Assembly: GCA_013265495.1 (NCBI GenBank)
Contig: MU058337.1
Location: 6,244,716-6,308,715 of the forward strand
DNA: 64,000 nt
Direction of reading: 5' to 3'
From: Vicugna vicugna
Lineage: Eukaryota
Below the pieces are notes generated by a model, which worked only from the letters and a program-made list of their open reading frames with translations, made no database searches and was not told the DNA's origin. This document shows, one piece after another, positions 34,240 through 46,600 of the stretch. A program made the translations under genes and the position numbers. Within the stretch, counting starts at the first letter, position 1, and every line of letters starts with the position of its first letter.

Positions 34240-34805
34240 AATAATTTGTCCTCCAGGGATGTCTGGAAATGCCTGAAAACATTTTTTCACTTAAAATAAA
34301 ATTTCAGTAGACTTTATTTTTTAGAGATGTTTTAGGCTCACAGCAGAGTTTAGGGGAAAGTGCAGAGGGTTCTCACGTTACCCTCTGCCCTCCCCCACTA
34401 TCAACAGCCTGCATATTTATTGTAACCAATGAACCAACACCAACACATCATTACCACCCCTAGTCCCGCGGGCAGGAGACTTACATTAGGGGTCACTCCT
34501 GGTGGTGTACATTTCATGGATTTTGACAGTTGTACGACACGTACCCACCCAGTATCATGGTCTCATTCAGAAGGCTTTCAGCGCTCTAGACGTCCTCTGT
34601 GCTCTGCCTTTTCTCCCCCTCAACTCTTCTCCCTGTCTTCTGCTGATGTTTTTGGTCGTCACAACTAGGGGTGGAGGTGCTGCTACTGGCATCTCACATG
34701 TAGAGGCCAGAGATGCTGCTAAACAGCCTCCCAGGCACAGAACAGCCTCGCAGCAAAGAAATCTCTGGCTCAACAGGGCAACAGTCCTGAGGCTGAGAAC
34801 GGCTG
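34240..34805. mobile_element. MER20-like element split by an L1 fragment (pieces about 34240-34287 and 34645-34805)
   Basis: ctccagggatgtctggaaatgcctgaaaacattttt, resuming tttttggtcgtcacaactagggg...gctactggcatctc...gtagaggccagagatgctgctaaaca. Confidence 0.8.
34290..34630 (-). mobile_element. L1M (L1MC-like) 3' fragment inside MER20
   Basis: agactttattttttagagatgttttaggctcacagca...aatgaaccaacaccaacacatcatt...tacattaggggtcactcctggtggtgtacatt. Confidence 0.75.
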
Positions 34806-35899
34806 ACGTACAGGCTAAGCAGGAATGTCCTTATTCCATGACTACGTGGGGTACATAGTAGACACTCCATAAATATTAGATAAATAGATGAACATTTACA
34901 AGCGAAGCGTTAGAGTAACCCAGACAGAAGTACACCTGAGTTTACCTAACATGCAGGAGGACAAAGGGAAACATCACCTGTTAAATTCAGGCCCTATGGC
35001 GATTCCGTTTGGTGGGCTGGGCAGGCAAGGAGAGGGCATTCTGACGAGGAGAATGCCGCTTCCATTAATTCCGCGCAGGGAGGTTACACGTGCTGTGCGT
35101 TTGTGCAGATCGGTTTGGTGGTCGGTCAGCACCCGGTATGAGTTATATGACTCAGAAACAGCTAAGCCTGTGGTGTTTCCTCTGTAAGACAGAGGAGTCC
35201 TTTCTAAGGGTTTAGCAGAGAAACAGCACATTCTGGTACTTTTCACCTTTGTTTTATGAAGCATCCAAGAGATTCAGAAGTGAAGAAAGGCGGCGAGGGG
35301 TGGCCAGTCCCTAAACACCACTTGAAAGTGCACTTTTTGTCCCCAGAGAGTTTTTAGTACAGTATATTGAAGAACTGTCAGGGAGATAACAGAAGTGAGA
35401 GACTTTTGTTATTTAGCTTGAAACAAAGCATAGAGATAAGAGATTCAAATCTAATGAAGGGAGAGATTTCAAAAGAGAAACGGCCACACTTCCTGGTTTT
35501 CACTCCCATATACCACACGAAGCCCGGGGTAGGTAACTGTTACCAGCCTGATGCCTCCATTCCACCAAGGGAGCCCAATGCCATGAGTTCCTCCTTCGAG
35601 GCCCCGTTACCTTTTGCCGTGTTTCGTGCCTTCCAGGGGTCTCAGCCTCACTCGGACGAGGGCAAGGGCATCTTCCGTATTCTGAAGTTGGTCTGTGTGC
35701 TGGCATCCCGCAGGTGCCTTGGCAGTACGCAGTCCCACTCACACTCATGTTCTGCACGTGGGAGGTGGACTTGGCAGCAGGACGGGAGCGGGGTGGGTCA
35801 CTTGCCAAGAAGAGTGAGATTCCATCTGAGTGCCAGGAGCTCACAGTTCAGCACGGGTGACCTGTGTGCAGATGAACTATATCAGCCATGGGAAGACAT

Positions 35900-36225
35900 G
35901 CTCATTTTTCCAATCAAGTATTTTCCAAGTGCCCTGGGAACACTGAAGGTGGGGCAACTCTGCCTGGCCCGTCAGAGGAAGCTTCAGAGAGGAAGTGACT
36001 TTTCGGCTGGATCTTAAAGGATGAATAAGAATGGAAACAGGGAAGAGGAGGGGGAACATTCCAGGCAGAAGGAGCACATATAAAATCCGAAGGGTTGTAA
36101 ATGGGATCATAGTGTTTGAGGATAAGACCTTCAACGGGGTGGGGGTTGGGAACCTGGTGGCTGACAATGCGGCAGGGGAAGTAAGTTGGAGCTTGAACTG
36201 TGAAAGGAACTCAGGTAAAAACGCA
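35900..36225 (-). mobile_element. L2 fragment
   Basis: ggaagcttcagagaggaagtgacttttcggctggatcttaaaggatgaataaga...aacattccaggcagaaggagca. Confidence 0.65.
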
Positions 36226-36237
36226 AAGCTAATGGTC

Positions 36238-36335
36238 AGGGATGCACCGTTGCACAACTCCAGGGGGCGCTATTCATAGCACAGCCTGAGTGAATGGCAC
36301 CCGGGAGCTGTGGCACACACAGCCTGGGTGGCTGT
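36238..36335. mobile_element. MER91-like palindromic hAT-Tip100 relic
   Basis: tgcacaactccagggggcgctattca...tgaatggcacccgggagctgtg with imperfect dyad symmetry. Confidence 0.7.
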
Positions 36336-36409
36336 GCCCATCGGCTGAGCTAATGGTTGATGAGTGATTGCTTCTAGAAGGGGAAGCTCCGAGAACTCTG
36401 TGGTTTATC

Positions 36410-36560
36410 TTACTTGATTCTCACTACCCCATGAGGTAAGTTCTATTTCCATTCCCATTTTACAGATGGGAAACTGAGGCACATACAAGTGAGCTGAAGC
36501 AGCTATGAAGTGGTAGAGCTGGGATTTTAATCCAGGCAGTTTGCCTCTAAGCCCAAGGCA
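36410..36560 (-). mobile_element. MIR SINE
   Basis: cccattttacagatgggaaactgaggcac...gtagagctgggattttaatccaggcagt. Confidence 0.8.
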
Positions 36561-39500
36561 GAGGGTTCCCCAAATTTTGTCACTTACGGCACTCACACAA
36601 AGTAATGTTTTTACGACATAACAGGAGAAAATGACAAAACTGCTCATAACCTGAAGGGCCCCGGCACAGGGACTCCTGTGTCCCAAGAGCGCCCTGGCCG
36701 TCCTGACAGCACACCTGTGACCCATTTCCGCAGCACCCCTGGGCGGCAGGTGGATCACGGATCTAGGGGAGCACCCCTGAGGTCGCTTTTCCAGCAAGAT
36801 TCTGGTTGTGTTACGATTAAGCTCTCAAATGGGAGTGTAGGAAAAAAGTCCTATTTGGAACAGCAACAAGCACCCCCCCATTCCCCACCCCCAGCAACCA
36901 CCTTCATTTAGTTTTTAAAATTTACTAATAAGGTGAACATTTTGCCCTGCTAGTCTAGCACTTTGGTTTTGAAATTATGACTAGGTTAATTAATCCCGTG
37001 TTAGAGGCTGGTCAGAATGACTGGGTCTTGTTTTAAATTAGTATTCCGAGGAGATGAAGATCGTGATACTATTTGAAGACATATCTCTCACATAACATCA
37101 AATCTTTTTTTATTCCTTAAAAGTTGATTTATCCCACGTTCATCCATTGTCTGAAAGTACCCGAGGCTTCACAAGTTCTCTAAAAGGAGCGTTACTGAGT
37201 TTGACTTATGGATCAGGCAAGGTGTGAGTAAAGGATGAGTGAGTAGAAATACACAAGCATCTGGACTGTCCTCTGCCTTTAAGAAGGACAGTCAACTCCC
37301 CCCGCCCCAGCACAATGTGGGACCTACCTGTGAAATCCCTGCGGGAATGAAAACAAGGCATCTCTTGTATTTGGTCCTTTACCTTAAGAAGGGGCTCATG
37401 TGATACGTGTGCTAATCAACAAAAGACAGAAGGATCTGGGTGAGCAGAAAGGAAGGACCCACAGCCAAGGGGTGGTTTTCAGATCCTGCGAAATCAGAGT
37501 CGTGTTATTCATTGTTGTCTGTATGGTTCCGGCCAATTCACAGAACATCAACAACAAAAAGCCTCTTTTCTGAAATAAATTTCACCCAGGAAGCAGGAAT
37601 CAGCCCACCACAGATGAATTCTCTGGAAGAGGGCTGGTTGGGGTAGTCACCTGGTTGGCCTTATTTGGGTATGATCAGACAGCAAGCTGCCATTTTTATT
37701 TTCTCACGATTGTGTGTGCGTGCTGATTTCTCATCCCCCTCACGCCTTGTTTTCCTCCATGGATGGGGGTTCTGAGATGCTCTGCTGGTAGTAACAGCCT
37801 TCCCTTTCTCTGGGACACATTTCTGAGCTGGTGTGTCACTGGGCCCTTGCCCGGAAGATAAGAATCTGCTTTGCTTGGTCTTTCAGGCCTCAGTTTCTTG
37901 GGCCAGAGCAGTGTTTGCCTTTCTGCTGATGGGAGTTTATTCACGTCGACCAGTGAGATTTTTCTGGATTCCACACCCTGACAGTAGACTTTGGCTTCCT
38001 TCCCAAGAAAGCCTCCTCCTTTCTCCACCAGCTGCCTCAGCTTCCAGGTCTCTGTCCCATTTCTCTGAGAACTCTGGCCCCCACACCTCTTTCCTACACC
38101 CCCTTCCTCTTCACCTTGAGTCCAGTCTCTGTAACTTTTGTTTCCTCATTTTGGTTCCCCTGTTTATGGCATAAATTCGGGACGTGGGCAGACACTTGAA
38201 AGTTTTTCAGTGACCACAAGCCTTGCATCCTTCCTCTGCTTGGCACTTTCTGTGCCCACCCAAGGGACAATGAATAATAAATCAGTGAAATGTGCTTCAA
38301 TAATTCTCTTGCTTTAGATTCTCAAAGACAGCTCTCAGGGAGGTATCAGAAGCGTCAGCCCTCAGAATTTCTTCTGTCCCGCATCTTCAAACAGCTTGGC
38401 GTTGACTGGTGTCTATAAATAGTCAGTGGGGTTAGAACTATGGAAGGGGGAAGGCCGAAAGGAAACCTGGAGACTCTCGGTTCAGTATATTCTGTTACCC
38501 TGGTCTGGCCCAAGACTCGAATGCTCCCTGGGTATACAGCTGCCAGAGCAAATAAGGAATGTCAGCGGTGGAGAAAGAGAAGGGGAGACAAGGAGCCCCG
38601 TAAAGACAGCGAGCGTTGGGCATTTGCTGGGTCACGATGGGAGAGAGAGGGCCACCGAAGCACATCAGTTTTCATGTTTTTGTCATTCAGAAAAAGTATG
38701 GGCTTCAACCAAAACATGGAAGGGGAAGCAAGACACTGCTTTAGTGATGAACTTTGAAGGAAGAACCAAAGCAACGCTGATGCCCCGACCACAGACCTGA
38801 GGGAAAACCAGGAAAGGATGGGAGGAGTCACCTAGAGCCGGGGGGGTGCGGGGAAGTGGGGGAAGCTGTGGACAGCTTGGCACAGCCCCGCCCTGCTGTG
38901 GCCACAGGAGGACGTCACAGGAGAAAGCCATCCAGGAAGCCAGTTGAAATCTTCCAAAGCCGTCCACATTCATCCTTTTGTATAACCAGATTTCTATTTC
39001 TCTCCTTGTCATATTCTCTCCAGCCTATTTCTAGGTATTAGTCCTGGGTAATTTCACGTTTTCATTTGGTCAATACTGGTTATAATGTGCATGCCCTCCC
39101 TGGCTGGCTTTCTGGGGTAGATAGCTGGAGCGAACACCACATTCTCCCCTGTTCTGCTGGCCTGAGGAGGGGGCTCTGGTGGGTTCCGACTGGTGGACCT
39201 ACAATGTCCAAAAAGAACGTGGTCAGTGGGTGTACTTCATAGCTGGAGGTGATGGTAATCGCGTTGCAGGGGGAATAAAATTGTGCGCACTTGATGCAGC
39301 GCTGATGCAGCCTAGGATATCTGTCCAGTGCTCGTTAATAACATCCAGCCTGACGGGTTCTGTGGGATGAAACATCCCAGAGGCCACAGCTGAAGGTCCA
39401 TGCGTATGGCTGCCCTACAGTTTATGCAAAGGATGTGGGGACACGTTCTTAATGATGTTCCACGTCTGGCCGGAGGGTGTTATCTGAGGTCTGATTCAGA

Positions 39501-39759
39501 ACACAAAGTCAGATGGGGCCTTGACCTCCTTAAGCCCAGGATGGTTCTCCTACTCACCTCATGATGCAGGTTCTGAAGCGGGTGTTGGGGGACTTGGTGA
39601 GAAAGTATGTTTTGAAGCAGTAAGTGTGGAGCTTTGTTTTGATTCCACAGTTTTAGGAGCTACACTAGTTAGCATAAGGTGAATTCTGTGTTACCTGTCT
39701 GCAAATGTGGACAAAGTTCCTTGTCCTCTCTTTAAAATGTACTGCTATGATTAATACCA

Positions 39760-39990
39760 ATCGTTAATTAAGTGCTTAGTGTATACCAGGCCATATACAC
39801 ACAGGTTCTGTACTATGGCTTCATCCAATAGTCTCATTCATTCCTGAAACAGCTCCATTAGGTAGGAATCCCACTACTGTATCCCCATTTTACAGATGAG
39901 GAAATAGAGGCTCAGGGGTTTCCCAGCTTGGTCATGGAATAAATGGCAGAGCCAGGATTTGAGCCCAGTTCTGTCTGATTGCAAAGCCTA
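39760..39990 (-). mobile_element. MIR SINE
   Basis: atccccattttacagatgaggaaatagaggctcag...ggcagagccaggatttgagcccag. Confidence 0.8.
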
Positions 39991-41369
39991 TATTCCAAAC
40001 TACAAATGAGACGGCCTCTCGCTTCAAGCCTTTGGGTTTGAGTGATTTATTTCCTTCACGTCCAGCATGGTCTCCAACAACCATCTCCTTAGGTCTCTCA
40101 TTCCTATTTTCCAAACACCAGCCCGGCTCCTCTTCTGCTCAGAATGAATGATGGTGGATGGGTCGGATGACATCCGGGTGGCCTCCCACGGTGAGCTCCC
40201 CAGTCCAAGCCAAATGGTGAGAGCAAGCCCGTTGGGGGCGTCATTTCCTCACCCCTCTAAAAGTAATTCAGTTGTTTCTGCTTGTCAAACGCTTCTGCTT
40301 CCTCGCTAAGCCCGTATTAGTCATTGGGATATGTCAGGATGTGAATGGATTTACTGTGTTCCAACAGCTGCTGAGTGCCGAGCACATGCCCCACACATGG
40401 CAGAAACAGGAGCTGGGCGGGGGGCCCAGCCGACAGCCAGGATCCCCGCAATTGCATCCAGGCCCTGAGACTGCAAGGAGGATGCTGGGGAAGAAACTGC
40501 TATTGTTCTGATGTCCGAATATCCGCCCCCATTCTGCCCCATCCCAGCAAAGTGATGAGGATACTTTGTGTGTGGCGAGGAGACAGCCCTGTAAAAACTT
40601 TCGTCTCCGAGGTGTGGATCTTCCCTGCTCAGAACAGAGCCCATCTGTCCAACAGTGTCTTAAATAACACCAGACAGCCCGCAAAGGAGTGTCCATTGTC
40701 ACATGCACATTTGGACCGCAGGTAGTCCACATGGGCCCCTGTAATTCGAGTCAAAACAGCCTCTTCCGTGACAGGGAGGCAGGAGTGAAAGTGGTAGCTG
40801 TGATTCCAACAACCAGGAGGATTGTTTTTCTAAGAATTTCTGCCAGTGGCCATCGAGGACTCTTTGTGTGCGGCACCTACGGGAGATCTCGGAATTTCGG
40901 CAGCTATCAAATTCCAAATTAAACACCTAGGTGCTGCTGGATTGCTGGGGAGCCAGCCTGGTCATGCAGATCTGTGTTTGGGGAAGGACAGCATTTGATT
41001 GTATGAGATGCTTTTATATGGAAATCCTCCTAACAGGCTTTCCCAGGATCACAAATTAGATGCCAGGGTTTAAAGCCCGCAGGCCAATGGAGCTGTTGTT
41101 TAAAAACTCAGAAGTAGTCTGCTTTGAACCTCTGGCCTCAGAATTTTCTAGAATGGGCTATTATGATCCAGACACGTGAGGATTTTCTTACTGTTTTTAC
41201 ATACAGTGGGGCCTGGAGCTGATACCTGGCTTTTTGTCACTTCTCCTTCAGAGGTGAGCAGTGGTCAGATTGCAGCAAACATTTTCTTCTTTCCCCTAAA
41301 TATTAACATCAATGTGGGAGAGAATCAAGATGGTGTCATCCAGGACTGAGGTTTAGAGAAGATTTCTCG

Positions 41370-41595
41370 TGAACACGGGCTGTGAATCAGACTCCTGGCT
41401 TCATATCCTGAGCCCTGCTTTGGGGCCTTAGGCAAATCACTTAGCATCTTCAAGCCTCAGTTTTTTCTTCTATAAAATGGGAACAATGGTAGCAAAAAGA
41501 ACTAACTTGTTAGATTGTTGTGTGAATTTAAATGACATGATTAACAAGATGTTGAGCACAGTGCCTGGCATGTATCAGCACTTAATACATTACCA
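41370..41595 (+). mobile_element. MIR SINE
   Basis: ggcaaatcacttagcatcttcaagcctcagttttttcttctataaaatggg...agcacagtgcctggcatgta. Confidence 0.8.
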
Positions 41596-41994
41596 GAGTG
41601 TTACCTAAAGATGAAGATAGAAATTGATTTTTGATGTTTCTTTCTGTCCACTTATCCCTTTTGGGGGAGTGTAAGGTTTACTCTTGGGTTTTGGAGGGAG
41701 GGCTGGGATTTGGGCACAAGCACAGGCCACAGAAAGGCAGAAGGTCAAGTCACCTGAGACCGGATGGTGGAAGCACAGGTGCGGACACCCAGGCGACGGG
41801 GCAGCACCCCAGGCGGGCGTGGCCAGAGTCCCCGAGTTCTGCTTGTTGCCACAGAGGGACAGGGCCCACAAGACGCAGGCCAGGGACGAGCCGAGGGGTG
41901 TGGCTGGGGCTAGGGCCCCAGATGACTGCCCTGTGGGGTGCCTGGGTGGCTCAGGCTGGGTTTGGGGGATGGTAGGGAGGAGGTTGATTTTGTT

Positions 41995-42725
41995 TTAAAT
42001 TGTATTGTGGTAAAATATACATAATATAAAATTTTACCGTTTTAACCATTCTTAAGAATACAGTTCAGTGGCATTAAGAAGATTCACATTGTTGTGTAAC
42101 CATCACCACCATCCATCTCCAGAACTTGAAAAAGTTCTTCCCCCCAACTCAAATTCTATACCTGGTAAACACTAACTCCCCAATCTCCCGTCCCTTAGCC
42201 CCTGCCAACCACCCACTAGCTGCTTCATGTAAGTAGCATCATACAGAATTTGTCCTTGTGTGTCTGGCTTATTTCACTCAACATAAAGTCCTCAAGGTTC
42301 ATCCACGTTGTAGCATGTGTCGGGATTTCCCTCCTTTATAAGGCTGAATAATATTCTATTGCATTTATACACAACATTTTGTTTATCCATTCATCTGCTG
42401 ATGGACATTTGGATTGTCTCCAGCTTTTGGCTATTGTGAATATTGCTTCTAGGAACATTGGTGTACAAGTACCTGTCTGAGTCACTGCTTTCAATTCATT
42501 TGGGAATATCCCCAGAAGCAGAACTGCTGGATCATATAGTAATTTCATATTTTACTTTTTGAAAAACTATCATATTGTTTTCTGTAGTAATTGTACTATT
42601 TTACATTCCCACCAACAGTGCACAACATTCCAATTTCTCAGCCCCTCACCAATGCTTATTTTCTATTTTTGTTTTTTTTTAAATAATTGCCATCTTATTG
42701 GGTGGAAAGTGGCATCTCATTGCAG
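41995..42725 (-). mobile_element. L1MB-like 3' end fragment
   Basis: attgtggtaaaatatacataatataaaattttacc...tctggcttatttcactcaacataa...ttttggctattgtgaatattgct...tttacattcccaccaacagtgcac. Confidence 0.9.
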
Positions 42726-44542
42726 AGGACTGATTTTAATGGTGTCATTAAAGAGACAATCCCCAAACAGAAAGTACAACCAGCACAAAGCCTGTCACAT
42801 GCTGAATGTTTAAGAACTGTCCCTCCTTTAAGGAACTAGCAATTTGAATGTGTAGGACCAGGTGGTCCCAGCTCACTAGATTCTTAACTCTCTCTGGGGT
42901 AGACCCTATTTGGAGACAGGTAGCCACCTTGGCAGTGGGATTTTATGGGCACCAAAATGTCCATCTGGCCCCAAAGGTGGTCTTTACCAGCTTGGCGTAG
43001 TGCCTGATGTCCCCAGCAGGAAGGTTACCTGTTAACACAGAAACGGGTTGCTGGGAGGAGGCGCACAGAACATCCCTGTGAGCGCGGTGGCTGGCTGTTG
43101 CCTGGCACGGAGTCTTGAGAGGATGATCCGGGGCCTGCGTGTTTGGGAAAAGCAGAGAGATCTGAAGCTGGAAGACCCGGAGGCCTGGGGTGGAAGGGAG
43201 GGCCCCAGACCGAGCAGGGGTGGAGATTGTTTAGGGCCAGCTCTTTCTGTTCCAGGGTCAGGGGCTGCCACACGGGGACATGTCCCCACTTGTGTCGAAT
43301 CCCTGTGTGGCTTCATACATTCGCATAATTCCCACTCACTCTGTGACCTCTTTGGAGTTCACCTTCTTTCTGTCCTTTCCTGAGTGCGCCCCATGTATGT
43401 CTCTACCTCCCAGCTTCCTCCCACTTTCAGTATTAATACTTGTGTTTCTCACCACCTGGGGAAAGTTGAAAAGGCTTGAGTCATCCTTGGTCTAGATAGC
43501 AAGTAGCTTCAGGCTAAGTGTGCCAAGTGAATTTAGAGAATGAAACGAGGATTCTGGAGAATGCAAGTATTTGTCCTTTCCACGTTTACCAGCGCATTCT
43601 CTGTCAGGGTGGCCACGGCAGCGAATGGGAACCCAGGTGATGGAGGCACTTACTTCCATACTTGAGGACTCTGTTGTGTGGCCAGGGACATAGATGTAGA
43701 AGCCAAAGGGTGTGGACAGTTTAAATGTGCTGGGTGCTGTAACGAGGGCCGTACAGGTCCAATGCGGGCAGGCAGGAGCAGTCAGGGGGTGCTCATAAAA
43801 GGCTTCAAAGAGGAGGTGACACCCAGCTCACTCAACTCAGCTACAGTGTGAAATAATCGGGGTTTGGAAATTGCCAGAGTCCAGAACTTACCATGCTCTT
43901 CCATACTCAGAACCGTTTCCCTATGTAATTTTCCTATTGTGCATTTACATTTTAAGAAAGAAATGTATCAGAAAATGAAAGCCACCAGGTGGAGTTCCAG
44001 GTAGACCTGCATGATGCTGCATCTGAAGTGATAGCCCTTTCCCTATTGCGTCTCCCTCACTGGATTGTTAAGGGATTTGCAAATGGATGCTCAGGAAGCT
44101 TTAACAACCTTGTGTTGAGAAAACACATTAGGTTAGTACCAAGAAAAAGCACCTCTTATTTACCTAGACATGGCCGGACAACACAAGTATATGTGAAAGC
44201 AGCTTTAGCTATTAGATTGATCAAGAGGAAAATGAAAAGATGTTAGAACATTCTACTTTAAATTCACAAGTAAACAAAAAATACTGTATGTTTCCCCCCA
44301 GATGTATTCATCTCTCTCTTCGAACGCGTACACGCTTAAGGTTAGTGAATAAAGACCAGCAAGTCCACTGTTCAAATGGCTGCAGAAGGGAGTGAAGCAT
44401 TTCACTTTCTGTCAACTCAGCAAATATGTTAAAAACAAGGTGAAAAAAAATTTTTTTGCAGTTTGTATATCTATGTTAGTTTATTCTTGAAAAGAAAAGG
44501 TCATATTTTCTATATTTTTTATTTTAGGGATCCCATGATGCA

Positions 44543-44575
44543 GTTTTTGTTTTTGTTTTTGTTTTTGTTTTTTTG
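44543..44575 (+). repeat. (GTTTTT)n simple repeat
   Basis: gtttttgtttttgtttttgtttttgtttttttg. Confidence 0.9.
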
Positions 44576-46444
44576 ACACAGTTTTTTGTAACTCCAGATA
44601 TTGTCTAAAAAAATAGGTTTTAAAATGACTGCCAGTGATTTTCAGGCACTTATTCAGCTACTTCCCTCTGCTTCTCAAATACATAGAAAAGTGATACTAC
44701 CGCTTTCTTAAAGGATTTACCAGGGATTATAGCCTTCAAGCGAAGGGATCCTGAATTCAGTCTGGTTGTCAGTTTCATTAAGAAGGCAGTAGTTCACCTT
44801 GGTGTAAATCTTCTTGAACAAGGCTCTGTGGTGCTTAACGGTAAAGCTGGCCAGGAGCACCCGGATGGGGGAACCTTTCTAACTACAGCTGGGAATATTC
44901 TAAGAATAATTAATTTAGTTTAGAATTCGTGGTGGTAGGTTTTTAAGAAAAGACGTCTTCGTGGGCTCGTGGCTTTTCTTGGGTAGCAAAGTGAAATCTG
45001 CAAACCTTGGGGCTCTGTGACGGTGACAGTGCAGTGGACCCTCCCACTGCTCCCCGGATCCCCACGTCACACTCTGTACTTTTTCCTACATAACCTCCTG
45101 ATCAGTAACACTACATTTACAGATTGGAGAAACAGGCACTTACAGCTCCTTATGGTTTAGCAGCAATTTCTTTCTCTCAGAAGTAAGATATTTTTGAAAT
45201 GATGTATTGACAAGAAAGTCAGGGGTCAGGGATGTGTCTAGGACCAGGTGGTTCAGGCAAAAAGGGAGAAAGAATGTTTTGAAGATGTTAGAAACCGTCG
45301 TTGACATTCCGGGCTATCAACTTGACTAACTGGTAAAAGGAAGGCAGATAGTTTCATTCTCCAATAGAAATGTGATGTGGGCTAGAAGAATATTTAAGAA
45401 TTAGGTGATCAAGACTTTGAAATGGACAGGTAAAGTGCAGCAGACGGTTGTTTGTACGAATATCTGAATCATCAATGAATTCTAAGTGAATGGCATACTT
45501 CTTAGTTTACCAAAGTCATGAAATTGATAGTAAAATGATGTGATCTGAGCATCAGGTAATGAGACTGACTGTGGAAGGCCGGTCTGGTCATGGAAAGTGA
45601 GGACTTCTGTGTGTTTGGGGGCTAGGCAGGGGAGGGCTTGGACAGTCACACTATTTTGGGATGCTCTGTGTCAGCCAGGAGTCATGGGAACTTGCCTGCC
45701 CTGTTTGTTACGTCTGAGTTTGAATTTGGCTATATGTGGGTTCTGTGTAAGATTTTAACGTCCTTCTTGGTTGGAAAGAATCTTTGTATGAGAGTGCTTT
45801 TGAGGAACATTGGTTATGAAGCTGGGAGCCATTTAGGGAACTGGCATAGAAATTCTTGCAATTTGTATATCTAGTTTATTCTTAAAAAGAAAAGGTCAAA
45901 TTTTCTTTTCCAGAAGACACATGGACAAAGGTGATCTACTACAGGAAAGGGATTAGCAAAAGGAACAGCCCCGGAAGTGGGGAAAAGAATTGGTCCCACT
46001 TACCACCATGTGGCTGGCGAGGCAAATTCCAAGTTGTACGTGCCAGGGAGCATTTTTAGGAAGAGGAGATGACCACACCACTTTCATTCCTGGCAAAGTA
46101 TACGAAATGCAGATTTCCAAATCAATGCCAAGCTTCCCTCTGGATAATTAAGGCCCTAGAGATGAAGGAAGAGAGATGGTGGATGGAATAAAAGTGGAAA
46201 GTTCATTGCAGTGCTTCCCAACATTTTATCCACTGTGGCACGCAGAGAAAATAGTATTTTTATAGCAACTGGGCAGCTCTTGGCAGGAGATGACCAGCTT
46301 GGAAGCTCCAGCCATTCCTGGCTCTGTCCAGCCACCCAAGGGTTGAGGAGATCAGAGGCTCAGACACACACCCAAAACCCATTCTTCCATATTGACTGGG
46401 GAAATTCTGGTCTAGTGACATTCATGCTTGCACAGTGGCAAGAT

Positions 46445-46600
46445 GGGGGTCATGGAGCCCTTTGAGAATCTGATTAAATTTATGGGCTCTCTCTCCAGAA
46501 AGACCATTATGTACATACACATCAAATTTTGCTCACAATTTCAAGAGATTCATGGAAATGCTCAAGTCTACTTCTAGACCTCAGGGTAAGAACTCTTGCT
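46445..46600. mobile_element. Short hAT-Charlie relic (Charlie4z-like)
   Basis: ccctttgagaatctgattaaatttatgggctctctctccagaa...aaattttgctcacaatttcaag...cagggtaagaactcttg. Confidence 0.65.

Noticed and set aside
35367..36279. 216-aa ORF and neighbours
   Set aside because: TTG start, runs into L2-derived sequence, no recognisable homology.
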